64,000 nucleotides of DNA from Octopus sinensis (Eukaryota), in NCBI RefSeq assembly GCF_006345805.1, contig NC_042997.1:107570001-107634000 (forward strand), in the 5' to 3' direction. The notes under the pieces were generated by a model. The model made no database searches. It was not told the DNA's origin and saw only the letters and a program-made list of their open reading frames with translations. The position numbers and the translations under genes were made by a program. This document shows, in pieces, positions 24,616 through 39,144 of this stretch (within the stretch, counting starts at the first letter, position 1; every line of letters begins with the position of its first letter).

Positions 24616-24740
24616 GCATGTATGTATATATATATATAATATATATAATATATATATATATATTTGTATGTATATGATGTATATGTTATGTGTATATATA
24701 TATGTGTGTGTGTCTGTATGTGTGTATATATATGTATGTA
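24346..24740. repeat. (TACA)n/(TA)n compound microsatellite with an internal duplication of about 115 nt
   Basis: TTTGTATGTATATGATGTATATGTTATGTG occurs at about 24548 and 24663. Confidence 0.85.
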
Positions 24741-25110
24741 TACATCTTAAAATACATAACAAAATAACTGCTGCTTGTAATTTCACTCCTCATATTTTAG
24801 CTATGGCTTCATTAGAATCCTATCACTAATTCCTTCTTTTAATTAGTTAAAACAAATTTCAAATGCCTCTTGTTGTTATTTTTTTTCATTTTACGTTTGC
24901 TTGTTTTTTATTCACCTGCACATAATTACCGTGACAGTTCAGAGCTGTAATAGATTGTGTGTTTTATTTACACTATTACCCATGTTTCTATTTTCTGATC
25001 ATCAGACATGTTTTGTTTCAGTTTTCCATGGTATTCTATACAGAAATGTATAATGCTTTGTGCATGTGTATGGTAGATATGTATCTGTGGATGTGAGTAT
25101 GTATGTATGT

Positions 25111-25636
25111 ATATATATATATAAATGTGTAATGATGTCTGTCTGTGTGTTTGAGGGTTACTCCTCAGTTGGCATCGATTTTTGTGAGCTCAATCGGGTG
25201 TTTGAATGGAAATTCCCATAACGATGTTATTTTTTCTGCAGCTTTTGCATTTTTGTCCGATTTTGATGAAAATCGATGAGTGAGCGAGGCTCATGACAGC
25301 GAGTTGATATCAGTATATGGCGTTGACAAAAAAATCGATGATTGCGCCAGAGCAGGGGTTTTATAAAATCAATAGGCTTTTTGTGTGCAAATACCTATAG
25401 GAATTTTATTTTTGGGCCATAGCTTTTATATTTTTCGTCCGATTTTACTGAAATTTGAAATTTAGTTAAATTTTGCGGTAGGGAAGACGGTAAAGGTTTT
25501 AATTTAATTCCAGAGCTGGCATCAACTAATGGACTAATGGACTAATGGACATGAACTGTAATCACGTGTAAAGTTTCAACAGTCAGAGGTGGGCTTAACT
25601 TCAACACAGAAAACACGGGCAACGCCGGGTCCAATA
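25111..25636 (-). mobile_element. Non-autonomous Helitron/Helentron-like (HINE/Lep1-type) element
   Basis: Minus strand begins ATTGGACCCGGCGTTGCCCGTG and ends ACACACAGACAGACATC...CATTTATATATATA; same end architecture as 34140-34504. Family assignment from recalled HINE/Lep1 structure. Confidence 0.55.
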
Positions 25637-25804
25637 TATATATATGTATGCATGTATGTATGTATGTATGTATGTATGCATGTATGCATGCATGCGTGTA
25701 TGCATGCATGTATGTATGTATGTATGTATGTATGTATATATGAATGTATGTATGTATGTATGTATGTATGTATGTATGTATGTATGTATGTATGTATGTA
25801 TGTG

Positions 25805-25841
<37 letters not shown>

Positions 25842-26291
25842 ATTATTGTATCACTGGTCACAACGTGCTATGCTGCATTGCTTTAGCTTTCAAGCAATGT
25901 ACAGAAGAATTACATCATTTTAAGCAATGTGTATTTCATTAATAAAAAATTTATTATTGTGACGTAAATATTATAATCCTATTGCATAGTCAAGTCTTCA
26001 GAGAACCATAACTCTCATTCATAATTTTATGCATACTTTCTAGATTAGTGAAAGTATTGCCGTCACTGGTACCACAACAACTGTGCTAAAATAGGTTAGA
26101 AAGTTAGTCTATATATTGGATGTTTAGTGGAAGAAAGTCTTATAAAAATAAAGAAAATTAAGTAGAAAAGTGACTTTTGCACTGCCAAGATGTCTCTGAA
26201 TAGAAAAGGTATGTAGACAAAACTATCAGATTATAAGGAGAGCAATGTGTGTGTGTGTATGCATGCATGCATACATGCATGTATGTATATA

Positions 26292-26803
26292 TAATAATAA
26301 TGACAACAACAACAACAATAATCTTTGGATGGAATTTATAAACATTTAATGCATCGCTACGCGCTTTTCCACAAATCACATGTCTCTTAAGATCTCAGTC
26401 CATATTCCTGGGATAATTACAGTGCAGTCCGTAGTATCCTTGGGCATCAGGTTGATCATCATCATGAGGATTCATTTCTTCAGGCGATGTAACATTAGTA
26501 GATGTACAATAGAGGGATGTTTATCCCATTTTACCAGTATGAAGGTCAAGGTTAACCATACTGGTAAAATGGGATAAGCATCCATCTGTGGTACACTCAC
26601 TAATGTTATAGCGCCTGAAGAAATGAATCCATGAAGACGATCAACTGGATACCCACAGATACTACGAACTATACTGTAATCATCGCAGGAATATGGACTG
26701 TGATATTAAGATTTATGTGATTTGTGGAAGCGCGTGTAGCGATGCATTAAATGTTTATAAATTCCATCCAAGGATTATTGTTGTTGTTGTTGTTATTATT
26801 ATT
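26292..26803. repeat. About 510-nt imperfect fold-back whose arms include the flanking (TAA)/(CAA) tracts
   Basis: Arms read as reverse complements from the (TAA)(CAA) flank to CCAGTATG/CATACTGG; 15-nt loop at 26542-26556. Confidence 0.9.
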
Positions 26804-27341
26804 GAGTGAGAGAGCAGTACATGCCATCAAAGTGACACTGGGGTTAAATATACGAAGCCCAGTATACCCATCATGACTACCTGTCTTATAAAGGTACACC
26901 AGGCACGTGCATCACAACCATATGTACGCGACATGGTGATCTCATATCAAGATAAACAGTGCATGACCTTGCAGGTGGAGCCCAGTTAGAATTTTCTTCA
27001 GGTCGAGTAGCCCAACCCACTCAAAGGGTCCCTGAATAAGGATTGTTTAAGGTTGTTGAACGAACCACCCATGTTTCCAAAGGGGAATTATCCAAACCTC
27101 TAAGAATTCTTTTCAACACACGTCTATGATGCTCCCCCACTACTTCTGCTTGTGATCAGAGATGCACATATCGTCAGCCACTAAGGGACATGCTCAACTG
27201 GTTACGGTCAAACAACTGACAAGCTGATCTGTGGTATTGAGCAGAATATTTGCTGTAGCCCATCTTTTATACCAAGACAAAATAATGTACATGATAACAC
27301 TTCCAATCAGTTAAGATCAGAAGCCACGAGAGCCACTGCCT
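26804..27341 (-). mobile_element. About 540-nt interspersed retro-repeat with (TAA)n tail, copy 1
   Basis: Highly similar to 27383-27931; the 3' end on the minus strand abuts (TTA)n on the plus strand. Confidence 0.7.
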
Positions 27342-27382
27342 AGCCTCGAGAGCCAATTATTATTATTATTATTATTATTATT

Positions 27383-27931
27383 GAGTGAGAGAGCAGTTCA
27401 TGCCATCAAAGTGACACTGGGGTAAAATATACGATGCCCAATATACCCATCATGACTACCCGTCTGATAAGGGTACACCAGGCACATGCATCACAACCAT
27501 ATGTGCGCGACATGGTGATCTCATATCAAGATAAACAGCACATGGCCTTGCAGGTGGGGCCCAGTTAGAATTTTCTTCAGGTTGAGTAGCCCATCCCGAT
27601 CAAACGGTCTCTGAATAAGGGTTGTTTAAGGATGTTGAAAAAACCACCCATGTTTCCAGAGGTGAATTATTCAAACCCCAAAGAATCCCTCTCAACACAT
27701 GGCTATGATGCTCCTCCACTACTTCTGCTCGTGATCAGAGATGCACATATCGTCAGCCACTAAGGGACATGCTCAACTGGTTAAGGTCAAACAACTGACT
27801 AGCAAATCTGTGGTATTGAGCAGAATATTTGCTGTAGCCCATCTTTTATACCAAGACAAAACAATGTACATGATAACACTTCCAATCAGTTAAGATCAGA
27901 AGCCATGTGAGCCACTGTCTGGTACTGCATT
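27383..27931 (-). mobile_element. About 550-nt interspersed retro-repeat with (TAA)n tail, copy 2
   Basis: Direct repeat of 26804-27341 with many substitutions; (TTA)n on both sides (about 27357-27382 and 27938-28070). Confidence 0.7.
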
Positions 27932-27978
27932 AAGTCATTTATTATTATTATTATTATTATTATTATCATTATTATTAC

Positions 27979-28067
<89 letters not shown>

Positions 28068-29063
28068 TATCTTACATTATATCGGTGCAACTTGGTGCAA
28101 CTCTGAAAAATTGGTTCACTAGTCAGTATCATTAGACGGTGGCCGGCAGAATGGAATAGGGACTTTATTTGCCTATTCAAAACGCTTCACATACATACAT
28201 ACATACATACTTACACACATACATACATACGCACGCAAACACATACATACATACACGCATACATACATGCACACACGCATTTGTATTCGTGTGTGAGTAT
28301 ATGTATGTAAATATATTTCTATATATTTAAACACTTTCCTTAATAAAAAGGACTTCGTTATAGACTCCGATGAAGCTCTGAAAAGTCACACTGACTCTTA
28401 CCACAAGATGCAATTTCCCTTTAAGCTAAAACAATTGTCAGCCAATGCATATAATGACACGAGTCCTTTTCTTTTATCATTTATTAATTAATATTATACA
28501 GCAGTTTATATGAATTTCCAGAGAAGAGCATGTCTGGATTTTTATTAGCTCTCAACTGTAGCTTATAAATTCCGTTTATTATTAATTTACTGAGTTTTAA
28601 CAAACTGCTATGAATAAACATAATTGTAAAATAGATGCAAACGTCACGTGATATGATTAGAAAGGTGGTCAAGATATGATAATTGCTATAGATGATGTAT
28701 ACACGAAAACACGGATATCGATGCACGCAACCATACACACGGAGAGCAAGTACACAGCAGTTCATCATGGGTGTTCAGGTTGTTTTCATCTTGGATTAAT
28801 ATAACGCGTCTTTCTCTGCCAAAAGTGAAAGCTTGATCTGGGTCTAGTGTCATCGTGCTTATAGGAAGAAGTGGAATCATGAATGGACTGGGATAGTTTA
28901 TGGGTACCATCCAGATGAACAATTAATGTCAGGGAGTATAGAATCGGACCCTAAAGTTGTTCCTACTTCGTTTATTGTGGCTCTTTGGTGTTGAGCTATC
29001 ATTTAATTCTAGCTCAGCGTGAAACACCAAAGAGTTAGTGATGCAGATGAAGGCTTGCAATAC

Positions 29064-29130
<67 letters not shown>

Positions 29131-29503
29131 TGTGTGTGTGAATCAGAACCTAACAATCTATTTGTTACTTCAAATAACAAAAAAGCTGGCTTTGAAACCT
29201 AATATCATTCATAAGACACCTGGGTGACATGAACAAGGTGAGACAGTTCCAATCACTTATATTTGGGGCATTCAAGCCATCTTGGGAATGATTCTATTAG
29301 CTCGTTGAGTTGACAATGTATGAGCATAATAGGTAACTGATAATTTAACTAAAAGAGTTATATTCCTTATGGAAAAGTGAACCTATTCGTTACATCTACT
29401 AGTGAGAGAGAGAGAGTGGGGGGGGAAGAGGGGGAGGAATCAAAATATATGTCACAACATATTTTTAGAAGGGGAGGAGAAACGTCATTGTTGAGAATGA
29501 AAT

Positions 29504-29582
<79 letters not shown>

Positions 29583-30199
29583 TAGATAAATAGACAGACA
29601 AACAGATAAATAAACAGATAAGTAGTGTTATCACCATAGTCACTAACAAGTTTTAATTTAAAACGTTGGAATCTCAAGTGCAAGTCTGTCAACACAACAC
29701 AACACTCTACAAAAAAAGACTGTGTGTGTCTGTGTATATGTATATATATATATTTAATTTTTTTAGTTGTTTGTATGCATGTGTATATTTATGTGTGTGT
29801 GTTTGTTTATGTGTATGTGTGTTTCTGTGCCTTTCAACATCATACAGACAACGCAACACAGACTTTAAAAAACCTTCACTTTGAACAAATTATGAAAGCA
29901 CGTGCATGATTAATACATATTTTTTACCGGCAGCGTAGTGACAGGGAAAGACCTAGTAGTAAATGAAACAGTGGGAATATAAGAAGATAAAGGTATTATA
30001 ACAGTTTGCTAATAAAATGAAAACGACGAAAAGAAAGAACATGTAGCCACCCCATAGAAGGGAAATAAAGACCATAGAGGTTCTGTAATGTTAACTTCAT
30101 ATCGCATAGAGGTGAGGGATATGCTCGTGTTAAAAATCCAAATCTTCTACATACATGCATTTATCACTTAACTCGCACACAAACACAGTATTAAATTCA

Positions 30200-31430
30200 A
30201 AATGACTATTCAACAACGTAGCATGAATTTATCTACTTGAACCCATTACCCAAACGTTTCAAACCTTTGGTGTCATAAATCTTTTAGGGTCAGCCTTTAC
30301 TTTGCAGTACATAAATCACATCTCTTCTTGCTATCTACATAAGGCTTTAATCTCTTAACGATCTTCTAGTTGACATTAGGCTTTAAAAACCGGATTAAAC
30401 TTGAGAACCTTGTTGCATTCTTCTTAATAATGTTTCTCAAAGAGAAAGTATGTATTTAAAATCTTTCTTGAAATCACCTTCTGTTACACCAACAGAATGT
30501 TTTGGAGTGGTACCAATGTTCCGATCTGTTGATCTCCGCTTTGTTTATAGAAGTTTCTGCATTAAAGATGCATTTACTGAGCGTGTACTGCGTTTTTACA
30601 TGAGATTCGCCCGGACTAAAACGGGTGGGTTTGTGGGGTGTAATATCCTTCATATTAACGGCACTGGTGAAATTTAACTAAAGATTATATTCGTGGGACT
30701 GGCTCCCTATATCTATGGGTATATCTACGTTTTTTAACTCTAGGTTCTTATTTTTATCCGTTTAAGTCATCTTTTTCTCACATTGTTTTTTTCTTTTTTG
30801 TTTTAGATTTCTCTCCGTTCCCATTAATGTCTGACAATATGTTAGTAATTGTCGCTGTTTGTATCGGAACATCTTTCTACTTGTATATCCCCGTCCATCT
30901 AGAGGAATTCTTAACCTGCTGACGTTACTGACCCAAATTTTACAATAAATCATGTGTAGGGGGACTAGCGAGACATTTTGTTTTCCCCCATAGACCCTCC
31001 GCTTGCGCAGCTCTTCGACAATATGTCATCTTAATGTCTTTTATTTATTATTCTGATCTTCCTATCTTTCGTATTTATAAGACTGTATCTAACTACATAG
31101 TTTGTATTACCTTTGTTACAAGTCTTCAATAGATTGGTGCTATTTTCATTCAATATTGCACGGGCTTATATAATCTTTATATGACTTTTACATAACAGTT
31201 ATCTAAACCATCGTAAAAGATTGAAGAATCTAATACCGTTACTTTGATTCCTTTGGTCGTTCTATTCTCTACCCTTCAATTTATGCATTTTTTCTTATAA
31301 TCGGCACCATTCCTGGATTTGCACTTTGTATTGAACATTTTAGGATTAACTGGACGCTAATTCCTCTCTGTACATCCTCTTAGCCCGGATCTCACGTGGA
31401 GTATTGACTGAGGTATTCGCTTGGATTTCA
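30200..31430 (-). mobile_element. Highly degenerate Penelope-like element (GIY-YIG region; RT remnant less clear)
   Basis: Minus translation around 30300-30500 gives GVTEGDFKK.F...LRN...NATRFSSLI..LK...KPYVDSKKRCDLCTAK, matching the PLE YIG.TE..FK.R...T.LS..IW.LK...RC.LC pattern. Confidence 0.5.
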
Positions 31431-31536
31431 TGAACACCGGCCACTTACTATGTATATGCGCGCGCGCCTGTGTGCATGTGCGCATACGTGTGTCTGTCTG
31501 TATGTATGTATGTATGTATATATGTATGTATGTATG

Positions 31537-31582
<46 letters not shown>

Positions 31583-31734
31583 GTGAAATAGAAAGATGAA
31601 TAATCTTGTAGTAGATTAATCAAAAGTTTAACCGATACCTTAGTAGCAAAAATCACAGCAGTAAACACGTGTAGAATGAAATAAAACGATTTCTGTTCAA
31701 TCTGCGTTCAGCTCCATTTCTTCAATTCACCAAT

Positions 31735-31783
<49 letters not shown>

Positions 31784-32066
31784 GTGAAGAAGGTAAAGAA
31801 TGACTTCACTGGTAGCTCTACCGTTTGCTTTGTAGATCTAGCAAGTTCTTTGTTAACTTCGGTGGGGAGACTTTTTAAAGATTCCTTGTTAACTTTTCAG
31901 GAGAACTTTCTCACATTCGTCGGTAGCGATTATCAAACTGACCTCAGGTTGTTTTGTGCTGTGTAATTCTGTATATAAGAGATTTGGGTGTATCTGGGGT
32001 TGGGTGGAGTTTGTTAATAAGTGTAGGAATGAGGAAGTGTTGATGGGTAAGAACTGAAAGAAAACA

Positions 32067-32266
<200 letters not shown>

Positions 32267-32277
32267 CATATATATAT

Positions 32278-32492
32278 GAGCTGGCAGAAACGTTAGCAGG
32301 CCGGGCGAAATGCGTAGCCGTATTTCGTCTGCCGTTACGTTCTGAGTTCAAATTCCGCCGAGGTCGACTTTGCCTTTCATCCTTTCGGGGTCGATAAATT
32401 AAGTACCAGTTACGCAGTGGGGTCGATATAATCGACTTAGTACTTTGTCCTTGTTTGTCCTCTCTATGTTTAGCCTCTTGTGGGTAATAAAG

Positions 32493-32497
<5 letters not shown>
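32278..32497 (+). mobile_element. SINE (same family as 4968-5181), slightly 5'-truncated
   Basis: GAGCTGGCAGAAACGTTAGC...GAGTTCAAATTCCGCCGAGGTCGACTTTGCC...AATAAAGAAATA; B-box-like GAGTTCAAATTCC. Confidence 0.85.
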
Positions 32498-32525
<28 letters not shown>

Positions 32526-32655
32526 AGAAAGAAAACAGGTTTTTTTTACAATTTCTGTCGTGGTGCGTGTAGTTCTTTTCTCAGTTTCGGTCGAAGTGAG
32601 TGGGTTCCTTCACCTTATTAGCTTCTTAGAATTTGAAATGTTACAAGTCCAAATC

Positions 32656-32706
<51 letters not shown>

Positions 32707-32714
32707 GGTGAAAG

Positions 32715-33190
32715 ATCAGCTTGATGTCTTCCACAATTTGTGGCCTTACTTTTGCTGAACGAATCACCAATGTTGAACCCTTTCGCAAAATGTAGAATTG
32801 GAGCAATGAAGCATTTCTAATACGATTGCAGCCCGTGCGTAGATAGGATTTCAAAGTGGCTTTTGTACACCCGACTTGATGAGGGTAAGAGAAATGTTGG
32901 AAGTCCCTGGCTCCGCTTTAAGGACAAACTGAAGGAAAACTGCCAACGTACATATGTTCCACTTGCTTCTTTTGAAGAGTTTGTGCAAGAACGATGCAAA
33001 TAGAGATCAACCTGTTTTGAAGCAATTCAAAATTTCGAAAGACAACGATTGATTCATCTTCATGAAAAGGGAACTATGGTAAAATACAGAAATGCGATCC
33101 CAGAGGATCATTGTAACGGTTCTGTATCCGGACAATCTTGCTAAACCTTAGCTGGATTAAAATCACATCAAAGACACAAACACAAGTAAT
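32715..33190 (+). mobile_element. RTE-clade LINE C-terminal remnant
   Basis: LLYTRLDEGKRNVGSP.LRFKDKLKEN and LAGLKSHQR motifs, homologous to the 3' part of the 40.3-42.3 kb RTE. Confidence 0.55.
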
Positions 33191-33867
33191 AACAATTATA
33201 CTAAACCTTCAGGCTCTCGCTCGTTGAAATCGATGGGAGAGTCCGTCATACATCACCATCACACACATATGCATACATACATAAAGATACAAGCCGTCGA
33301 ACAGACAGGTTGGCATAGAGGACTATTCATTCCCCCGGATAATGAACACTATCCCCGATAAATTTTGCCATTAATGCAAGCCTGGTAAAAGAAATGGTTG
33401 TTTTCTTTGAATAAATGCAAAGAAACAACTTTTTAAACACCATGGCAGCGAAAGAACCCGGAGTCAAATATCGCAGATCGCAGAACTATCGAGAAAAATT
33501 TGTAATGAGAAGAGACACCGTTTGTAATTATGTGCTCTAGACTATTTAATTATGCATTTTTGAAACTGTACTGTGTTTAATAATATATTCTGATATGATT
33601 TGAATTTAAAGTTGTACTTTGCAATATATACTCTTGGAAGAATTAGGTTGTCATAATGTATTTTGATATTATGTATGTTGGAATGTATGGTAATGCATTT
33701 GGAAATAAGTTGTAACTATCTAGTTTTTAAAACATAGTTTTGCATTTTGAAATTATTTGATTGTGATAATGTAATATGGAATAATTAACTGCGATGTGAA
33801 GGGAATAGAACAGTTTCTTCTTCTTATTATTATTTTCCACATCTCCCGAATAATGTGGAATGCCCAT

Positions 33868-33904
<37 letters not shown>

Positions 33905-34103
33905 GTGTGTGTGTGTAATCCTTTAACAAGGTTAGTCATAAACTTCGAAGTTTCGGCTTGTTAAGTCATCATCGACTCAAATGGCCAAAACGCCGAAATC
34001 ATTGTCTAACAGTATTCTTTTTAACGAATAAGAAATTTGCATTCTACCAAATTTATTGAGTAATTTAAAGTAAAATTGTTTTTATTATGACATAAATCAA
34101 ACA

Positions 34104-34139
<36 letters not shown>

Positions 34140-34142
<3 letters not shown>

Positions 34143-34504
34143 TAGCAGTATCGCCCGGCGTTGCTCGGGTTTGTTTCGACCCTTTAGAATTGGAATTTTT
34201 GAAAAGTAAAGATTTTGCATTATGTAGCCTGTTATTCTCTTTAAGTGAACATTTTTCTGGTTGAAATACACCGAAAAATGGCGACACAGCAGACATAAAA
34301 TCGTAAAAAATAGGGATTTTCAAAGAAAAAAAAAAGCACCTTTTTGATGCAAATAACTTTTGGTGTTAACATGGTCCGATTTGAATTTTTTCTTCTACGG
34401 GAGGAAGAGCAAGCCTTCTATCATACTCTCAATTTTGGTCAACTTGCGCCGCAGGGTCTTGGAGGAGATAGTGTTGGTTATACATTTCAGCTTTATATAT
34501 AGAG
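34140..34504 (+). mobile_element. Non-autonomous Helitron/Helentron-like (HINE/Lep1-type) element in (TA)n
   Basis: Starts TGCTAGCAGTATCGCCCGGCGTTGCTCGGG and ends TTTCAGCTTTATATATAGAG; end motifs shared with 25111-25636. Confidence 0.55.
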
Positions 34505-34678
34505 AGTGTGTGTCAGAACTTATTAGTCTATTAATTTTAATTTTATTTATGTGTTTATACAATTGAATGTGTATGTAACTTGGACTTATGTACTTACGGT
34601 CATATAAACATTATACGTCTGTATATGTGCGTGTGTGTATACGAGTGTATATATACATATATATATGTGTGTGTGTGT

Positions 34679-34725
<47 letters not shown>

Positions 34726-35321
34726 TGTAATAATCCAATCAATTCGTGCTTTCAAGTGAAGGCAAACTGGAGAATTACTGAACTTATGTTCTTTATACTA
34801 TAAAACCTTTACAATTATCTGTTCTAATGATGGCAGTGTCTATTTAAAGATTAGTGCTTCATTTGGGTTGCACTTGTAGAATGAGCCTTGTTCTGCAACC
34901 GACAGCATGTGTAGAATGGAAAATGTTTACTGGTGGCAGCGTGTTCTTTGACATGCCATGTTTTTTGCGAAGTCGTGTGTGTAACCAGAGTTGTTAGACT
35001 GAGGGCTAACGGTGATACGGTACGCTTGTTGATATAGTAAGGCATTAATCACAGACTAGTTAGGTATTATTCAGCTATTGTGCGTTTCTATTATTGTAGT
35101 GAGGGTATCACCAGTATATCGAAGGTCACCACTTTAGTGATGTGGTATCACCCGTCTAGTTGAGGGGGTCACTAGTATGGTGAGTTGGTTGCTAGTATAG
35201 GGAGTTCACTATCTTCGTAGCTAATGTGTAGCTATAGCCCAATGGAGTGTTCACAATCTGTGACGACGTCGACAGCGGTAGCTTGCTGATCCTTGTGTCT
35301 GTGTGTCCCTTCAATAGTAAT

Positions 35322-35699
35322 TGGTATACAGAGACAGGCGAACAAAATTCAACTTGTTCAATAGCAAAGTTTATTCGCAGCCGTGAGTTACGTACAATGT
35401 TAATGTCTTGTATAAGATTTCTGTAAAGAAATAAGCTGTGTTTTATAGAGATGTCGATAGTGTGAACGAATGCGTGAAGACATTCGATGTACTTTGCGTA
35501 TATAGAAAGAGATTTGAAAGAAATGTCTCTAGTAAGCATGAGATAACGGCATTGAGTTTGGTCGATACTGCTAGCGCACGTAGACGCAGAATAATTCTTT
35601 GTGAGACGCCAGCGCAAACGCGATAGAACTAAACTACAAACCGGGAGTCCTTGGAAAAACGAAGCTGAAGGAACTCGATTAGACATAGCCGCGGCCACA
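35322..35699 (-). mobile_element. Possible LTR-like segment (TG...CA with internal AATAAA)
   Basis: Minus strand starts TGTGGCCGC, contains AATAAA and could end TATACCA; no second copy, PBS or TSD seen. Confidence 0.2.
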
Positions 35700-36011
35700 T
35701 TATATAAGTGAGAAACAGACGTAGTAGAGGGAACCTGTTTATTCGGTCAACAGACCGAATAGAGCTGTAAATTTGAGATTGAAAATGCATGTTTTAAACC
35801 AATGCCAGCACAGACATGTTACACTATCAACTTCACAATGAAGTAACATTCATATCTCTTTCTCTCAAACGTTCAAAGTCATTATAATAAGCTTCCTTTA
35901 TATTCCCACGAAATTTTCCAGAGAAGCCTTAAACATTTCATAAGCGGATGCACGACATTGTTCACATCAGAAGTGAATATCTTTCATTAACTATTTTCAA
36001 TTGGGTTCACC

Positions 36012-36375
36012 TTTTTCCTTTTACTTATTCCAGTCATTAGACTGTGGCCATGCTGGGGCACTACCCTGAAGAATGTTTACTTGAAAGTGCTTATTTTTTC
36101 TTTAAGCCAGGTACTTATTCTAACGGTCCCTTTGCTCGAAACACTCAGTTACGGGCGCGTAAACATAACGACACCGGTTGTCAAGCAGTAGTGGGGGATA
36201 AACACGAGGCACACAGACACACAAGCACACACATACAACATATACGACGGGCTTCTCTTAGTTTCCCTCTACCAAATCCACTCACAAGGCTTCGGTCAGC
36301 CCGAGGCTATAACAGAATACACTTGTCCAAGATTCCAGGCAGTTGGACCGAACCCGGAACCATGTGGTTGGGAAA
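36012..36375 (-). mobile_element. tRNA-derived SINE whose 3' tail matches the CR1-type LINE at 52890-52930
   Basis: Minus strand has B-box-like GGTTCCGGGTTCGGTCC and ends GTGCCCCAGCATGGCCACAGTCTAATGACTGGAATAAGTAAAAGG. Confidence 0.75.
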
Positions 36376-37090
36376 TAATTGGAAATCTCTCTTATTTATC
36401 AAGCCAGTTATTTCCACGTAAACAGAGGTTCTTTTCATTTAATTACATACTTGGGTTATTTTACGTAAACTTGTGATAAATATACCCGACACTAACTTGG
36501 AAATGCTTCAAGCGGAACATCTTGTTAGCTTACATGCATGGATTGTTGCAAGACGGGCTTCACTTCAGACGACTTAATCTGTTCATCTAAATTACGATGA
36601 TCTGCTGCCGTTTTCATTGCTATTTCCAGTTGGTGAAAGACAATGGAAAATTGGCTTGACACGTAATGTTGCAGTTAAAACTAAGAAAATACACAAATCG
36701 ATTACCACAGGTAAAGACTTCTGCTACTTTAAAACGAGGATCTTTCTGGTTTTCGTTACTGTTTACAATTATATTTTTAAAAAAATTTTTCTGACGTCTC
36801 ATATAGGATGTAATTTTTGACGCCGAATCCAAAATTATTCTTCATTTATTCCAGAAAAATTTTGCAAATATGTTACAGGTGTTCAAAGTTTGATAATTTT
36901 CAAGATTTTTAGCCTATCAGAAAATAGCGCGTTCGCTACCTCTTCCATCATGAGTGGGTGTGGTGGGGGGCATCGGCATGTCAAAACATTGCTAGACGCA
37001 CACACATACTCACATATACTCACACAGAGTTGAAACACTGTTTGATTTTTTCTTTTCAGCATTGAATTTTCACCATCCCACTTCCATTGC

Positions 37091-37123
<33 letters not shown>

Positions 37124-37789
37124 TCCCTTATACATACACACATATATACTCACATAGAGTTGAAATGCTCCCACTACCAGTTTGCCATCACCCCTTTCTT
37201 CCTTATTCATCTATCACCCCTTCCTTTCTCATTCATATGTTGTGACGGAGAAAAGCACAAGAGTATTATTATAATAGAAGATTATCTTTCTCGAATTTCC
37301 TTCTCCTCCTTGTGCACATACAGAGAATCTTTGGTTACCATGGAAACAGAGTTTTTCGTCACGGTTATGTGTAAAATACTCGCTTCTGATTGGCTAAAAT
37401 ACCCAAATTTTGCCAATTTTAAAGGCTAATAACTTTTTAATTATGGATTTATAGAAAAATTTAGTTTCATTTTCCAAATTAGTTTACAAAACTTAATCCA
37501 CCACATTTGAAAACAATTAGAACCAAATTGTAAAAAGTAACGAAAACCGCTAAGATCCGAAAACGACCCTATACGGGTCGTTTACCCACGAAATATTATT
37601 GTGACGACGTTAAGATAATATTTGTACACAGTACATGCGTGTGTATATATGTGAGTGTATGTGTGTGTATGTGTATACATGGGTATGTAGATGTCTAACA
37701 GGCCATTAGATATGAAAAAATAGAGTGGGTACACTGTTATTAATAAAATACATATTGTATTCTCATGTGTGTGCGTGTGTATGTATGTA

Positions 37790-37871
37790 TGCATGTAATA
37801 TGTATGCACCTACAAGTATGCACATGTATGTATGTATGTATGTATGCATGTGTTTGTATGCTTACATATGC

Positions 37872-37969
<98 letters not shown>

Positions 37970-38100
37970 CATGTATGTATATATATATATATACATGTAT
38001 GTATGTATGTATGTATGTATGTATGTATGTATGTATGTATGTATGTATGTATGTATGTATGTATGTATGTATAAGCATATGTGTTTGTGTGTGTGCATGC
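37790..38100. repeat. (TATG)n/(TA)n compound microsatellite
   Basis: Directly visible. Confidence 0.9.
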
Positions 38101-38930
38101 ATTATAAGCAGAGCTGGAAAGATTATTTTAAGATACCTGGCGTATTTTATAAATGTGCCTGTTCAAGAACCATAAAAAGACGAAACCATCTGTAGCTCTT
38201 TCGGTTGCGTATTATAAATATACACACGCACACAAATAACTCTTTAAAAAATGAAACAGCAAACAACATCGAAGTACGACAAAAATGAGAGCCACAGTCG
38301 GGGTCCGAAAAAGGGAGCAACACAAGAGACAACGAAACAAAATAATATTTGGGACCAAGAGACCAATAATTGTTGACACTGATATACATGTGTATAATGT
38401 GTGTATGTGTGTGAGTGTGTGTGTGTGTACTTAGTTGTGTGTATAAATATATATATATATATATATATATAAATGTACGAGTATGAGTGTATGTGTGTAT
38501 GTGTGTATGCATGCATATATATGCAATGTGCGCAAGCGCAAACAGAAAATAAAACTGTTCTCGCCTGAAGATCGAAATGGAATAAAACTTGAAACACGAA
38601 CTAGAGAAATTTAGAACATGCACACATGCATACATACACACGTACATTCATACACACATATATACATTTGTACACACACACACATACACACATACACACT
38701 CATACACACATACATTCACACATACACTCATGCTCACATATATATATTCATACTCACATACATACACTCATACACACATATATACATATGACTGTGTGGG
38801 GGGGAGGTGCATATGTGTGCGTGGATGGTGTAAAGTTCAACAGACTACAATTACTCTCAACTTTTGATTGGTGAGAGGGATAAAAATGGAAGAAATTCTG
38901 TTTTGTCAATTTGTAGCTGCACTAGCGCGG

Positions 38931-38987
<57 letters not shown>

Positions 38988-39144
38988 TGTAATGATGAAA
39001 TCAAAGCAAAAAGTGATAGTTTGAAATCATTTAATACGTACGTTTCAGGTTTGCATAATAGGAAAAGCATCCAATACATACATACATGCATACATACATA
39101 CATACATACATACATACATACATACATACATACATACATACATA

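Noticed and set aside
37561-37583. 9-bp hairpin AAACGACCC-TATAC-GGGTCGTTT as a Helitron 3' end or terminator
   Set aside because: No CTRR end or matching 5' end nearby; probably the terminus of an unclassified MITE.
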